Program-made: the position numbers and the translations under genes
NCBI RefSeq assembly: GCF_009914755.1
Contig: NC_060947.1
Source of the DNA: the human T2T-CHM13v2.0 reference genome, Homo sapiens
Direction: 5' to 3' (one strand)
Length of the DNA: 64,000 nucleotides
The notes under the pieces: model-generated
Told to the model about the DNA's origin: nothing
Databases searched by the model: none
What the model saw: only the letters and a program-made list of their open reading frames with translations
Part shown: piece after piece, positions 47,000 to 61,938 of the stretch
How the letters are laid out: each line of letters begins with the position of its first letter
Position numbering within the stretch: position 1 is the first letter of the stretch

Positions 47000-49410
47000 A
47001 CAACATAATTTTAAAAAATTTAAAAACAGAGGAAAACTTTGTTTTGTCCACAACATGAAATCACAAACTATGAAGAATGTCAACTCAGCTGAAATAGAAT
47101 GAAATTTGCATCAAATCAAGGGAGAATATGAAGAATTGACTAAGAGATAAATCAAAAGTATCCAGGAATGGAAAAAAAGGGTTATGAAAGGATGAGTAGT
47201 GAACTCTAGCACTGTCAGAGTTCAATCAGAGAAACAGAATCCCTTGGAGATGGAACCACAGTTCCAGCTGAGTGAAACTGACATACGACAAATCCATCAC
47301 AACCCTGCATCACTTTTAATGGAATAACTGAGGCTAAGCAAGTGTGGAGTTAGAATTCTCAAACTAACAACGACAACAACAACAAAAAAAACCTGAAGGT
47401 GGGAAAAACAAAAACGGGAAATATAAATACTAATTTCCTCAACTTCATAGTGGAGAGGACATCTGCCTGAACCTGATAAATCAAGAAATAGAGGCTTGAG
47501 TATATCACTTAAGATTATAAATGTAAATACTACAAGATCTAAAAACACACATAAACTTTTCAAGTTATCACAGTGAAAGCATGAAACACAGACCAAAGAA
47601 AACAGACCCTATATCAAAAGATAAACCATGGTAATGAATTTAAGACCAAAACACATTTATTTTGTCAATAAACATAAATGAAATAAGCTCACCTACTGAA
47701 AGAAAGATGCCCTTAGTTTGTATTTAAAACATGTCCCAAATATGTGATGTACAAAATAAATCTGTGTAAATAATTACTCAAAAATAATGAAAGTAAAATG
47801 ATGAGCAGAACATAACATGCAAATGGGAACAGAAAATAAGACCAAAAGCATTATATTAGACATTGGGGGCCATTTAACAATAATAAGGAATATAAGCCAC
47901 AATGAAAATATAACAGTTGTGAATCTTACTGTATCAAGTAACAAACCATCAAAGCAAAACAAAAATGGGAAAAGTATAAGAAGAAACAGGTAATAAAAAG
48001 ACTCACGCTTTAATACATGGCAGATAAGTATAAAAAAGTTAGGCTAAGGTAAAAATAGGTATGTCAAACTCTATACCGTGAACACAGAAGACAATATTTT
48101 TTCAAGTGCCCATGGGACTTAAAGTCACAGTAAATTCCCAAGAGAAGACTAGCAAACTAAGTAAAAACTACCTGAAATTTAGAAATTTATCTTAATCACA
48201 CCTTGGATCAATTTAATTCAAACCTGTGATTTCAGTAGATCTAAAAATTATGATGATGAAATCATTTTACTGAGATAATGTTTAAAGTTTTGCTAAAAGA
48301 AAAATGCACTGCCTTAGGCAGTCATGCAAATACAAATGGAAATAGATTAGTTGAGTATTAAACTTAAGTGAGAAAAGAACTGTAAAATAATTAAGAAATG
48401 ATGACGTAATTAGTAAGGATATAGGCAGAAAATAATAAATTAGAAAAAACAAAACTAGATCTGCTAAATCCAAGAGCTCTTAAAAAAAAATCAAAGGTCG
48501 AACAATGAGAAAAAGCATCTAAAGACAATTAGCAATCAGATTGGGGAATGACAATTGATAACAGAGAAAATAAAAACAATTATAAGTGTTGTTTGCTCAT
48601 CTCCACAAAAAAAATTTCAAAACCCTGTATAAATATAAGAAAATAAAAATAGCTGAAATTAACCCAAGAGGCAATCAAAAAAATCTAAATAGGCAAATAA
48701 TTACAATGGGAGAAATTAAGAAAGTTGATAAAGAACGCCCTTTTTCTTTTGAGATGGAGTCTCGCTGTGTTGCCCAGGCTGTAGTGCAGCGGCATGATCT
48801 AGGCTCACTGCAACCTCTGCCTCCCAGGTTGAAGCGATTCTCCTGCCTCAGCCTCCCGAGTAGCTAGGATTACAGGCACGAGCCACCACGCCCAGCTAAT
48901 TTTTGTATTTTTAGTAGAGAAGGGGTTTTGCCATGTTGGCTAGGCTGGTCTCAAACTCCTGACCTCAAGTGACCCTCCTGCCTCGGCCTCCCAAAGTGCT
49001 GGGATTACAGGTGTGGGATTGCTGTGCCCGGCCCAGCTACTCTGGAGGCTGAAGCAGGAGAATCACTCGAACCCAGGAGGCGGAGGTTGCAGTGAGCCGA
49101 GATCGCGCGCCACTGCACTCCAGCCTGGGCGACGGAGCGAGACTCCGTCTCAAAAAAAAAAAAAAATCCTTAGTAAAAGTAGGAATAGCTGCATACATCA
49201 TAATAGCACAACACTTTGCATTCCTATTAAAGGACAAGACAAATTCTACTATCAACTATTACTGATATTAAATGTCGTATTAGTGCAATTAAATAAGAGA
49301 AAAAAGCATAAAAGGAGTAGGCTTTTTTGGCAGATACTGTTATATGGGATGGACAGGAGGGGAAGACATGAAAATCAACTAAAATGAAATACATAAAAAA
49401 TCAGTAAAGA
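47000..49410 (+). mobile_element. Degraded sense-oriented old L1 (L1M-type) remnants in MBTPS2 intron 5
   Basis: Strongly A-rich plus strand with L1-like phrases (TTTTCAAGTGCCCATGG, AATCTAAATAGGCAAATA); similar fragments at about 36940-37970, 54150-55100 and 59580-60900. Confidence 0.55.
48741..49166. mobile_element. Minus-strand full AluS directly abutting a plus-strand AluY-like right arm
   Basis: Minus Alu 48741-49033 ends CCCGGCC and overlaps CCCAGCTACT ... GAGACTCCGTCTC-A(n) at 49032-49166. Confidence 0.9.
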
Positions 49411-49414
49411 GCCT

Positions 49415-49580
49415 GCTTACGAAAGTGGAAAAACAACAGCTGGGCGGGGTCGCAGGGTGGCAAACGTACGCGGGCACGTGCACGTGCTTTTGGGGCCGAC
49501 AGACGCGCCAGTTGCCTAGGCGCATGCGTCTGGCTATCCCAGAAGCACCTGCGCCTTCCGGCTCGTGCTTTCCTCAGTCT
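49415..49580 (+). promoter_or_regulatory. Small CpG-rich putative YY2 promoter
   Basis: GC box GGGCGGGG 49442-49449, double E-box palindrome GCACGTGCACGTGC 49474-49487, NRF1-type GCGCATGCG 49520-49528, dense CpG in otherwise CpG-poor L1-derived DNA. Confidence 0.7.
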
Positions 49581-49711
49581 CGCGCCTTTCTCTGCAGCTC
49601 GCGCCTTTCTCTGCAGCTCGCGCCTTTCTCTGCAGCTCGCGCCTTTCTCTGCAGCTCGCGCCTTTCTCTGCAGCTCGCCCCTTCCTCTGCAGCTCGCCCC
49701 TTCCTCTGCAG
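49579..49711 (+). repeat. 19-bp minisatellite, 7 copies, upstream of YY2 ATG
   Basis: 5 x CTCGCGCCTTTCTCTGCAG followed by 2 x CTCGCCCCTTCCTCTGCAG. Confidence 0.97.
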
Positions 49712-49776
49712 CTCCCACCTCACTCCCCTCAGCGTTCTTTTTCCCACGGTCTTCCCGTTGCCGCTAACCTAACTAA

Positions 49777-50904
<1,128 letters not shown>

Positions 50905-50958
50905 AAAGGAGAAGACCCCTCTCAGACTTGGGAATTATCTTCCAGGACTGCGGTAGGG

Positions 50959-50964
50959 AATAAA
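50959..50964 (+). terminator. Candidate proximal poly(A) signal of YY2
   Basis: AATAAA 55 nt after the stop, with U/GU-rich TTTGTATGTTGTTT downstream. Confidence 0.35.
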
Positions 50965-51718
50965 TATGCCTCTCAAAGCTTTGTATGTTGTTTCTAAGAG
51001 TTTTAAAAAAAAATGAATCCTGCACATTTAAGGTTCGTGTTTTGTTAGAGTAGTAAAAATAGAATTTAAACGTTTTTAAAAAGGTAAACCTTGACATAAG
51101 ATAATAGTGCTAAGATGCCATAGCTTGTTCTGTAACTATTTTTGTAAAGTTTGGTCCCAACAGGAGAAAAATTCGTAGACTTCACATCAAGAGACGGTTC
51201 TTACAAACTGTTTAAAATGGGACTTTTCACATTCTTAGAAATAGGAAGTTCATTTATTGTTTACAATGTTTTTAAAAAACTTGTTAAAAAATTCAAAGTG
51301 TTCATGTTTATACTTTTAGGAATATGCTTAATAAGTCTATGTATGGTTTTTCTGGAGGTTGATAACTTTGGGAAAGATTTACTTTAAAAGAGTGAACAAT
51401 TATATGCATACGTGAAGTATTTTCCTGCTTAAAAAAGTTATATAGGTGTTATTTGTTTTAATCTTGGTTGTAGTCTTGGATGTTAACACATCTTGCATTT
51501 TAGCTGTATTAGGTCATGTAGTATTGATATTAGGTGATTTAATAGTACTAGTTTAAACCTATTTTAGTCATTTTATTTTCCCCAAAATACTACCAGATGC
51601 TGTTGTTTAGTGTAATTTCTTTGCCTGTTCAGTTAAAGTAGTGCTTGCTTGTAGAATATATTGTGTATATGTTGACTTTAACACTTAAGAAGTACATCCT
51701 GTGTAATAGAAAAAGCAA

Positions 51719-51724
51719 AATAAA
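51719..51724 (+). terminator. Poly(A) signal at end of YY2 3'UTR (copy 1)
   Basis: AATAAA followed about 12 nt later by a degenerate A-rich tract AAAGAAGGAAAAAAG, a likely retrocopy tail. Confidence 0.6.
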
Positions 51725-52921
51725 ACACCTCTTCTAAAGAAGGAAAAAAGTAGTTTGCCTATATCAGTACAGAAGTTAGAACTAAAGAAAAGGGGGAGGG
51801 TGCTACTGGCATCTGGTGAGTGGAGGGAGATCAGGAATGCCACTAAACATCCTACAATGCACAGACAGCCCCACGAAACACATAATTATTTGGCTAAAAT
51901 GCCAATAGTGTCAGGTGCAGGGGCTCAGGCCTGTAATGTCAACACTTTGGGAGGCCGAGGTGGGTGGATCGTTTGAGCTCAGGAATTGAACATCAGCCTG
52001 GGCAACATGGCATAACTCGGTCTCTACCAAAAATAAAAAAATTAGCTGAGTGTGGGGCGCACACCTGTGGTCCTAGCTACTCAGGAGGCTGAGATGGGAG
52101 GATCACTGGAGCTGGGGAAGTCGAGGCTGCGGTGAGCCGTGATCGAGCCACTGCACTCCAGCCTAGGTGACAGAGTAAGACCTTGTGTCAAAAAAAAAAA
52201 AAAAAAAGAGAAAAAGGGGCAGAGGGGCTGGGCGCAGGGCTCCTGCTTGTAATCCCAGCACTGTGAGAGGCTGAGGTGGGTGGATCACTTAAGGTCAGGA
52301 GTTCAAGACCAGCCTGTCCAACATGGTGAAACCATCCCCCGGCTACTTAAAAATACAAAAATTAGCCATAGACTTCGTAGACTTCACATCAAGAGACAGT
52401 TCTTACAAACTGTGTTTAAAATGGGACTTTTCACATTCTTAGAAATAGGAAGTTCATTTATTGTTTACAATTTTTTTTTTAAATTGTAAAAAAATTCAAA
52501 ATGTTCATGTTTATACTTTTAGGAATATGCTTAATAAGTCTATGTATGGTTTTTCTGGAGGTTGATAACTTTGGGAAAGATTTACTTTAAAAGAGTGAAC
52601 AATTATATGCATACGTGAAGTATTTTCCTGCTTAAAAAAGTTATATAGGTGTTATTTGTTTTAATCTTGGTTGTATTATTAGATGTTAACACATCTTGCA
52701 TTTTAGCTGTATTAGGTCATGTAGTATTGATATTAGGTGATTTAATAGTACTAGTTTAAACCTATTTTAGTCATTTTATTTTCCCCAAAATACTACCAGA
52801 TGCTGTTGTTTAGTGTAATTTCTTTGCCTGTTCAGTTAAAGTAGTGCTTGCTTGTAGAATATATTGTGTATATGTTGACTTTAACACTTAAGAAGTACAT
52901 CCTGTGTAATAGAAAAAGCAA

Positions 52922-52927
52922 AATAAA
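52922..52927 (+). terminator. Duplicated poly(A) signal (copy 2)
   Basis: Same AATAAA context as 51719, inside the second copy of the tandem duplication. Confidence 0.5.
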
Positions 52928-53547
52928 ACACCTCTTCTAAAGAAAGAAAAAAGTAGTTTGCCTATGTCAATACAGAAGCTAGAACTAAAGAAAAAGGGGA
53001 GGGTGCTACTGGCATCTGGTGGGTGGAGGGAGATCAGAAATGCCACTAAACATCCTACAATGCGCAGACAGCCCCACGAAGCACATAATTATTTGGCCAA
53101 AATGCCAATAGTGCCAGGTGCAGGGGCTCATGCCTGTAATGTCAACACTTTGGAAGGCCAAGGTGGGTGGATCGTTTGAGCTCAGGAGTTGGACATCAGC
53201 CTGGGCAACATGGCATAACTCGGTCTCTACCAAAAATAAAAAAATTAGCTGAGTGTGGGGCGCACACCTGTGGTCCTAGCTACTCAGGAGGCTGAGATGG
53301 GAGGATCACTGGAGCTGGGGAAGTCGAGGCTGCGGTGAGCCGTGATCGAGCCACTGCACTCCAGCCTAGGTGACAGAGTAAGACCTTGTGTCAAAAAAAA
53401 AAAAAAAAAGAGAAAAAGGGGCAGAGGGGCTGGGCGCAGGGCTCCTGCCTGTAATCCCAGCACTGTGAGAGGCTGAGGTGGGTGGATCACTTAAGGTCAG
53501 GAGTTCAAGACCAGCCTGTCCAACATGGTGAAACCATCCCCCGGCTA

Positions 53548-53886
<339 letters not shown>

Positions 53887-55891
53887 TTAACCAGCATGGG
53901 TAAATCCAGAATCAGAGGGGTGATCTGGTACTAGCTACATGCCTGACGAGATAAGAGACTACACAAATAGTCAAGGAATCAGTGCTGCTGAGTGTCCCGG
54001 CTTTTACTCATTTGTTCATGTCTTGTTTCTGTGACTAGCAACTGAGCTGGGGTTGGGGGGAATTCATAGTAGTATCCTAAATTAGTTTCCCCAGAGTAAA
54101 TTACTGTGCATCAAAGGATTAGGTTTTTTAAATTTTGTTTTAATTTTGTTAAGGAAGCTATGAAAGCAGTACAAGAAAACACAAGTGAATATCTTTTATA
54201 ATCTTGAGGTGGAAAAGGCTTAGTACAAGGAACTATTTGATCACACAAAAATTTAAAGTATCTGTACAGGCAAAACAACAAACCACATCAAACAACAAAC
54301 TGGAAAGATAAAATTATAATACCTGTTACAAAGGACCAAATTCCTCCCTATATAGATTATAAATAATAGCATATACAAATTAGTAAATTAATAAGACAAC
54401 TCAATCAAAAAATGGCAATGGATAGAAATAAGTAGCTCTTAAGAAAATGGGCTTTAATTTTTCACCCAGAAGACTGGCAAAGAGTAAAATTATGATAGCA
54501 TCCAGTGTCATTCAGAGAGTGGAAAAATGTCAATTATGAGAGTATAAATTAATTCAATAATGCAAACTCATTGGAGGTCAGCTTTAATGTTCATATTTTT
54601 TGACCCAACATTTCCATTTCTAGGTAATTTTTCATACCCTTGCAGATGCATACTTAACTGGACGCCTAACATTATAAGCAAAGCTGTGTATTGCAGTATT
54701 ATATGAAAAGGTTAAAACACCCTAAGTGATTAATAGTAGGATACCTTATAAATAAGTTGATATGTTAATAAAAATGGATTACTCTGTAGCAGATATAATG
54801 AGATTGATATTTATGAACAGATATGGAAAAATGTCAAAAATATATAAATTTAAAAGCAAATAGGGTGTGATGGCTCACACCTGTAATCCCAAATTTTAGG
54901 AGGCTGAGGTGGGAGGATCACTTCAGGAGTTCAAGGCTGCCATGAGCTGTGATCACAGCACTGCACTCCAACCTGGGCAATAGAGCGAGACTGTCTCTTT
55001 AAAAAAAACAAACAAAAAAAAACACGAAAAAGCAAAATATAGTATAATAATTTGATACCATTGGTATTTTTAAATGATGTATCTGTATATAATAGAAAAG
55101 ATCATTTACCTGATAAGTCCTAGACCATACTTTGTCTGGCTATTTCTGGAATTTAATAATTTACAACACTTTAAAAATTTTAAAAGGAACATTTTACAAT
55201 GTGAATTCATTACTTGGAACATGTGTTAGCTAGGTATTTGGCTGCTCTAATAACTAAAAATAAGTGGCATAAACTTTCAAAACATTCCAAATATAAGTAG
55301 TTCAGTGTTGATCGGATAACTCTGTAATTTGGGTACACAGGTTCTGTCTTGTTAGCTCTGCTATTCCCAACATGCAGCTTCTGTGTCGTGGACCTAAATC
55401 CAGCTCCATCATAGCTACATTACAGCCCACAGTACAGGGTTGTCTCCATCACATCCTGGTGCTAGTAGTGCCCATACCCCGCCCCATAAGGAAAACTGCA
55501 ATAGGAAAAGGGAAGACTAGGTATGGGGGAAGGGGTTATCTAGTGGCGTGTTAAGTGAATGTTTAACATCTGGCTCTGCAGGGCTAAGGTAGGGAGCTCT
55601 GATGGTAGCATTTGCTGGTTTCTGTGGTGTAAATACTTGCACCGTGGTCAGTTTCAAGCTGCAAACCTGCACTTCCTGAAGGAGGAATTAGGAAGAAATG
55701 CACACAATTAACTCTGGCAAGCTGGTAGGAGCAGGCTTCAGAGAACCACTGGGTTCATATAACCATATCTGCCATAGGATAGGATATAAGATGCTAAGGG
55801 GAAAAAAAGAGTTTAAAAAATATAGGCCTGGTGCGGTGGCTCACGTGAGCCTGTAATCCCAGCACTTTGGGAGGCCGAGGCGGGCGGATCA

Positions 55892-56362
<471 letters not shown>

Positions 56363-57448
56363 TCAAGACCAGCCTGAGCAAAATGGTGAAACCCCTGTCT
56401 CTAGAAAAAAAAACACACACACTAAAAAACTAGCCGAGCATGCTGGCACGCGCCTGTAGTCCCAGCTACTTAGGACACTGAGTCAGGAGTGTTGCTTGAG
56501 CCCAGGAGGCGGAGGTTTCAGTGAGCCGAGATCACGCCGTTGCACTCCAGCCTGGGCGACAGTGAGACTGTCTCAAAAAAAAAAAAAAAAAATTAAATTT
56601 AAAAAAAAATTAAAAACTATAAAACTGTCTTGAAAAAGTTATTAGAAAACTTGCTGCTTTGTACTCTTGAGTAAATTATTAAAATTATTACACATGTATA
56701 CTCATATACATGCTGATGTGGGCAGAGAAAATCTGGAGTAATGGAAAATGATAACAGTATGCTTACTGTGAGTCATGGGGCTGGTGGTTGAGAAATGGTA
56801 TTTGGGAAAGATGACTTTTTATTACTTCTATATTGTTTGGAATTTTTATAGTCAGTGTGTATTTTTTAGTAATTTTTTAAAAGCCAATTGAACATTTTTA
56901 AATTAATTTCATATTAGGGTTAAAATGTACTGAGACTTCTTTTTCCTTAAAATTGACACCTAATGTCCAAAACTAAGACTAAAGAAGGTTATATATATCC
57001 CCACCAATAATTGGGTCCACGCACCTCTTTCAGAGCTTATTAAATGGTATAGAACTAACTAGTCCCGCTATCCCAAACATCACCTAGCCCATTAACTTCT
57101 CATTCCCAGTTGTGAGTTGTCAGCCTAGTAGACAGCTGAACAGCTTTGCCCTGCCGTCTTTCCCAGGCAAGGGGGCAAGGTTAGGGGTGGGGAGGAGATG
57201 CTTATCTTGCCCTGAATTCAAGACAGGACAAATTCAAAGATCTGGAATTGTCTCTAAAAAGAAGAGTTTAGTATCCCTGCTAAATGTTTGCTGAGCTGTG
57301 AGCTCACCGTGGTGTAGCCATCAAAGTGGAAGACAACGTGGGAAACCTGTGTGTTCCTCAAAGTTTAGGGATGTACATAAATTATGTATTTAGAGGGAGA
57401 GAGAAATATGTGTGTACCCTCTGCCTACTTTATTGGTTTTAAATTTAG

Positions 57449-57806
<358 letters not shown>

Positions 57807-57971
57807 TAAATCTAGTTTTATAATGCTACTTTTAAAGAGTTGCATATATAGGCCAGGTGTGGTGACTCACGCCTTTAATCCCAACACTTTGGGAGGCTGA
57901 GGTGGGCAGGTTACTTGAGCTCAGAAGTTTGAGACCAGCCTGGGCAACATGGCAAGATTCCGTCTCTACTA

Positions 57972-58220
<249 letters not shown>

Positions 58221-59254
58221 TCACCCTGTCACCCAGGCTGAAGGGCAGTGGTACAATCACCGCTCACTGCAGCCTCGACCTCCTGGGTTCAAGTGATCAT
58301 CCCACTTCTCAGTCTCCCAAGTCGCTGGCACCACAGGTGTGCACCACCACACCCAGCTAATTTTTGTATTTTTTGTAGAGAGGCGGGTCTTGCCATGTTG
58401 CCCAGGCTGGTCTCAAACTCCTGGGTTCAAGAGATACAACCACCTCGGCCTCCCAAAGTGCTGGGATTACAGGCATGAGCTAGAGCTACCACACGGGGCT
58501 ATTTCTTTAAAAAAAAAAAAATGAAATATATACTGATTTTGAAAAGAAAAAGCCACTAAACATCTGTCTGAAATTTGGTGGGGAAAAAAGAGAGATGAGA
58601 TGAGATACTTCCTGAGCACACTGTAAATGAAGATGTTTAAATTTTGAATTATGGTGTATAGAATTTTTAGAAGAGGGATTAAACAATACCTGCTATCTGG
58701 TTCCAAGTGAAGAGTAGATTGCTTTAAAAAAATTCTCTATGCTTTGTTGCTAAAAATTCCTTTATAAATAGTGGAAGTAAAATTTGACCATTCTGTTTCT
58801 ATACTTAAATGTTTTTAAATCCTTCTTAAATATTGAAAACCCTGTTCTTATTTGTATAAGCCAGTTGTAAGTTTATTTGAGGGCAAAGTAAAAAACATTG
58901 GTGATAAAAGTGATGTTGTGATTATAGTAAGCTGGAATTTAAACTTAGAACACAGTGTAAGCCTTGCCAAATTGATAGTTTACATTCTTTCAGCTATAAC
59001 TACTGTGAGTTATTCAAGGAATATTGAGTTGTTATTTTACCTATTCAGTCATCTGGTGACCTGTAAATCATTTCTGTGTGTTTAGAGAATTAAGGTAGTT
59101 GTGGTTTTTTTTTATTATTATTTGCAAACCACACTAAGCATAAGTAGGGCTTGATTGGGGTAGCCCTTAGCCCCCGCTTAATAATAATCACCAGCTTCAA
59201 GTCTATGGGTATCTTGCTGCCTTGATGACAACTATAGATTTTCTTCTCCCTTGA

Positions 59255-59434
<180 letters not shown>

Positions 59435-60962
59435 TGAGTCTCCCATATTCTGATTTTTCTACTGTTGCCCCAGTCTCATTGCTTAGTATATAAACCAGAA
59501 TAAAATTGATCCTCAATTCCATCTAAGTCCTACTGTTTCTTGGCTGTTGTTTTATTAAAATCATGAAGAAAGCAAAAAAGGCATTCCATCACAACTATTG
59601 AAAAGTGTTCTAGAAGTTACAGTCATTGCTATAAGACCAAACAGGAAGGAAAAGATGAGGTATGAATGTTGGAGGAGATAAATGATTATTATTAGCAAAT
59701 AATGGAAAATCCAAGAGAATAAAGACTAAGACATCCTAAATGGAAAGTTCAGTTTGGTGATTAATTACAAAGTAAATATACAAAAATAAATGTAGTATTC
59801 CTGTGTATCTGAAAGAAACAGATCATGTAATAGGAAGAAAAGATCTCATTCAGAAAGTAATGTGACATATAAAAAATAAAAAACTAACATTTTAAAAGAA
59901 GTACACAGGGCCTATATAGAGAAACTACAAATCTGTACTGAGAGATGTAGAAGATTTCAGTAAACAGATGTCGTGTTCCTATGTCAGAAATGTAAAATTA
60001 TGGATTTACCCCTAGTTATTGCAGTCATTGCAGTGACATTAGAAATCCTAATGTGGGCCAGGCGTAGTGGCTCACACCTGTAATCCTAGCGCTTTGGGAG
60101 GCCGAGGTGGGCGGATCACTTGAGGTCAGGAGTTCAAAACCAGTCTGGCCAACATGGTGAAACCCTGTCTCTACTAAAACTACAAAAAAATTAGCCGGGC
60201 GTGGTGGTGGGCGCCTGTAATCCCAGCTACTCGGGAGGCTGAGGCAGGTGAATCACTTGAACCCAGGAGGCAGAGGTTGCAGTTAGCTGAGATCTCGCCA
60301 CTGGGCAACAGAGCGTGACTCTGTCTCAAAAAAAAAAAAAAAGAAAAAAAGAAAAAAAATCCTAATTTGAATAATATTTGGTGGTTGTCAAAATGATTCT
60401 CAAATTTATCAGAAAGGATAAGGGGAGAATAACCAAAATAAACAAATTGAAAGTATTTATTTACTAAATACTGAAATATTACTACCAGCAACAGCTTTAT
60501 TGTCACTGGAATAGTGGAAAAGAATGGAAATTCCAGAAGCAAGCCAAAGAATAGATGAAAATGTATTGTAAATTAAAAGTTGCATTTAATTTAGTAGGGA
60601 AAGAATGCACTGCTCAGTAATTATTAGCTAAACATTTGAATAAAATTAGTTATATGTATCAGTCACACCATACACAAAAATAAATTCCAAATGGTAAAAG
60701 ATTTAAATGTAAAAATCACACACATACACAAAAATAAATTCCAAATGGTAAGAGATTTAAATGTAAAAATAAAACTATTTAAACCATCCTTCTCCACAAA
60801 AAGAGTGATTACTTACATAATGTTAGGGGCGAGAAAGTCTTCCTTTGCACAGCTGCAAAGGTTGAATATATAATGGAAAAGATTAATGAATTTGAGTACC
60901 TAAATTTTAGGGTTTAAAAAAAAATAATAAAGACGGTTTTCTCTTTTTTTTTTTTTTTTTGA

Positions 60963-61130
<168 letters not shown>

Positions 61131-61686
61131 TAGTAGAGACAGGGTTTCACCATGTTGGCCAAGCTGGTGTTGATCTCCTGACCTCGTGATCCGCCCGCCC
61201 TGGCCTCCCAAAGTGCTGGGATTACAGGCGTGAGCCACCGTGCCTGGCCGACAGTTTTCTTATGGTTTGTTGCTTTATAGTCTGTGACGTGATGTAAAAT
61301 ATATGCTCGGTTTGTTCCACCAATATTGTTCTGCATAATAGTTTAGTTCTTAAAACAACCTCCTTTTTCCAAGTACCATTTGAGTTTCTGTACCCCTGTT
61401 TAGCAAGAGTTTTTTTTATTTGAATGTATATGAGGTTTCTTTCAAAGATCACAAATATGTTTAAATTAGTGATATATACATTTTCTGAAAAGAGAGTATA
61501 ATTAGTGGAAGATATTAGTTCTATCAGTATCAAATCATGTTAGCATGTGGTCTTCCTAGTGTGGTATTAACATGCCCATTTTAGATTTCAATATCTAAAA
61601 TGAAAGTAACTAATAATTGAACATCTGTCTGCTCTACTAATAAGTAGATATTTTTGCCTCATTGCTTCTTCTGATCACTTTATTAA

Positions 61687-61938
<252 letters not shown>

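Noticed and set aside
49579-49711. CRISPR-like array
   Set aside because: Units are contiguous with no unique spacers and there are no cas genes; this is a eukaryotic minisatellite.
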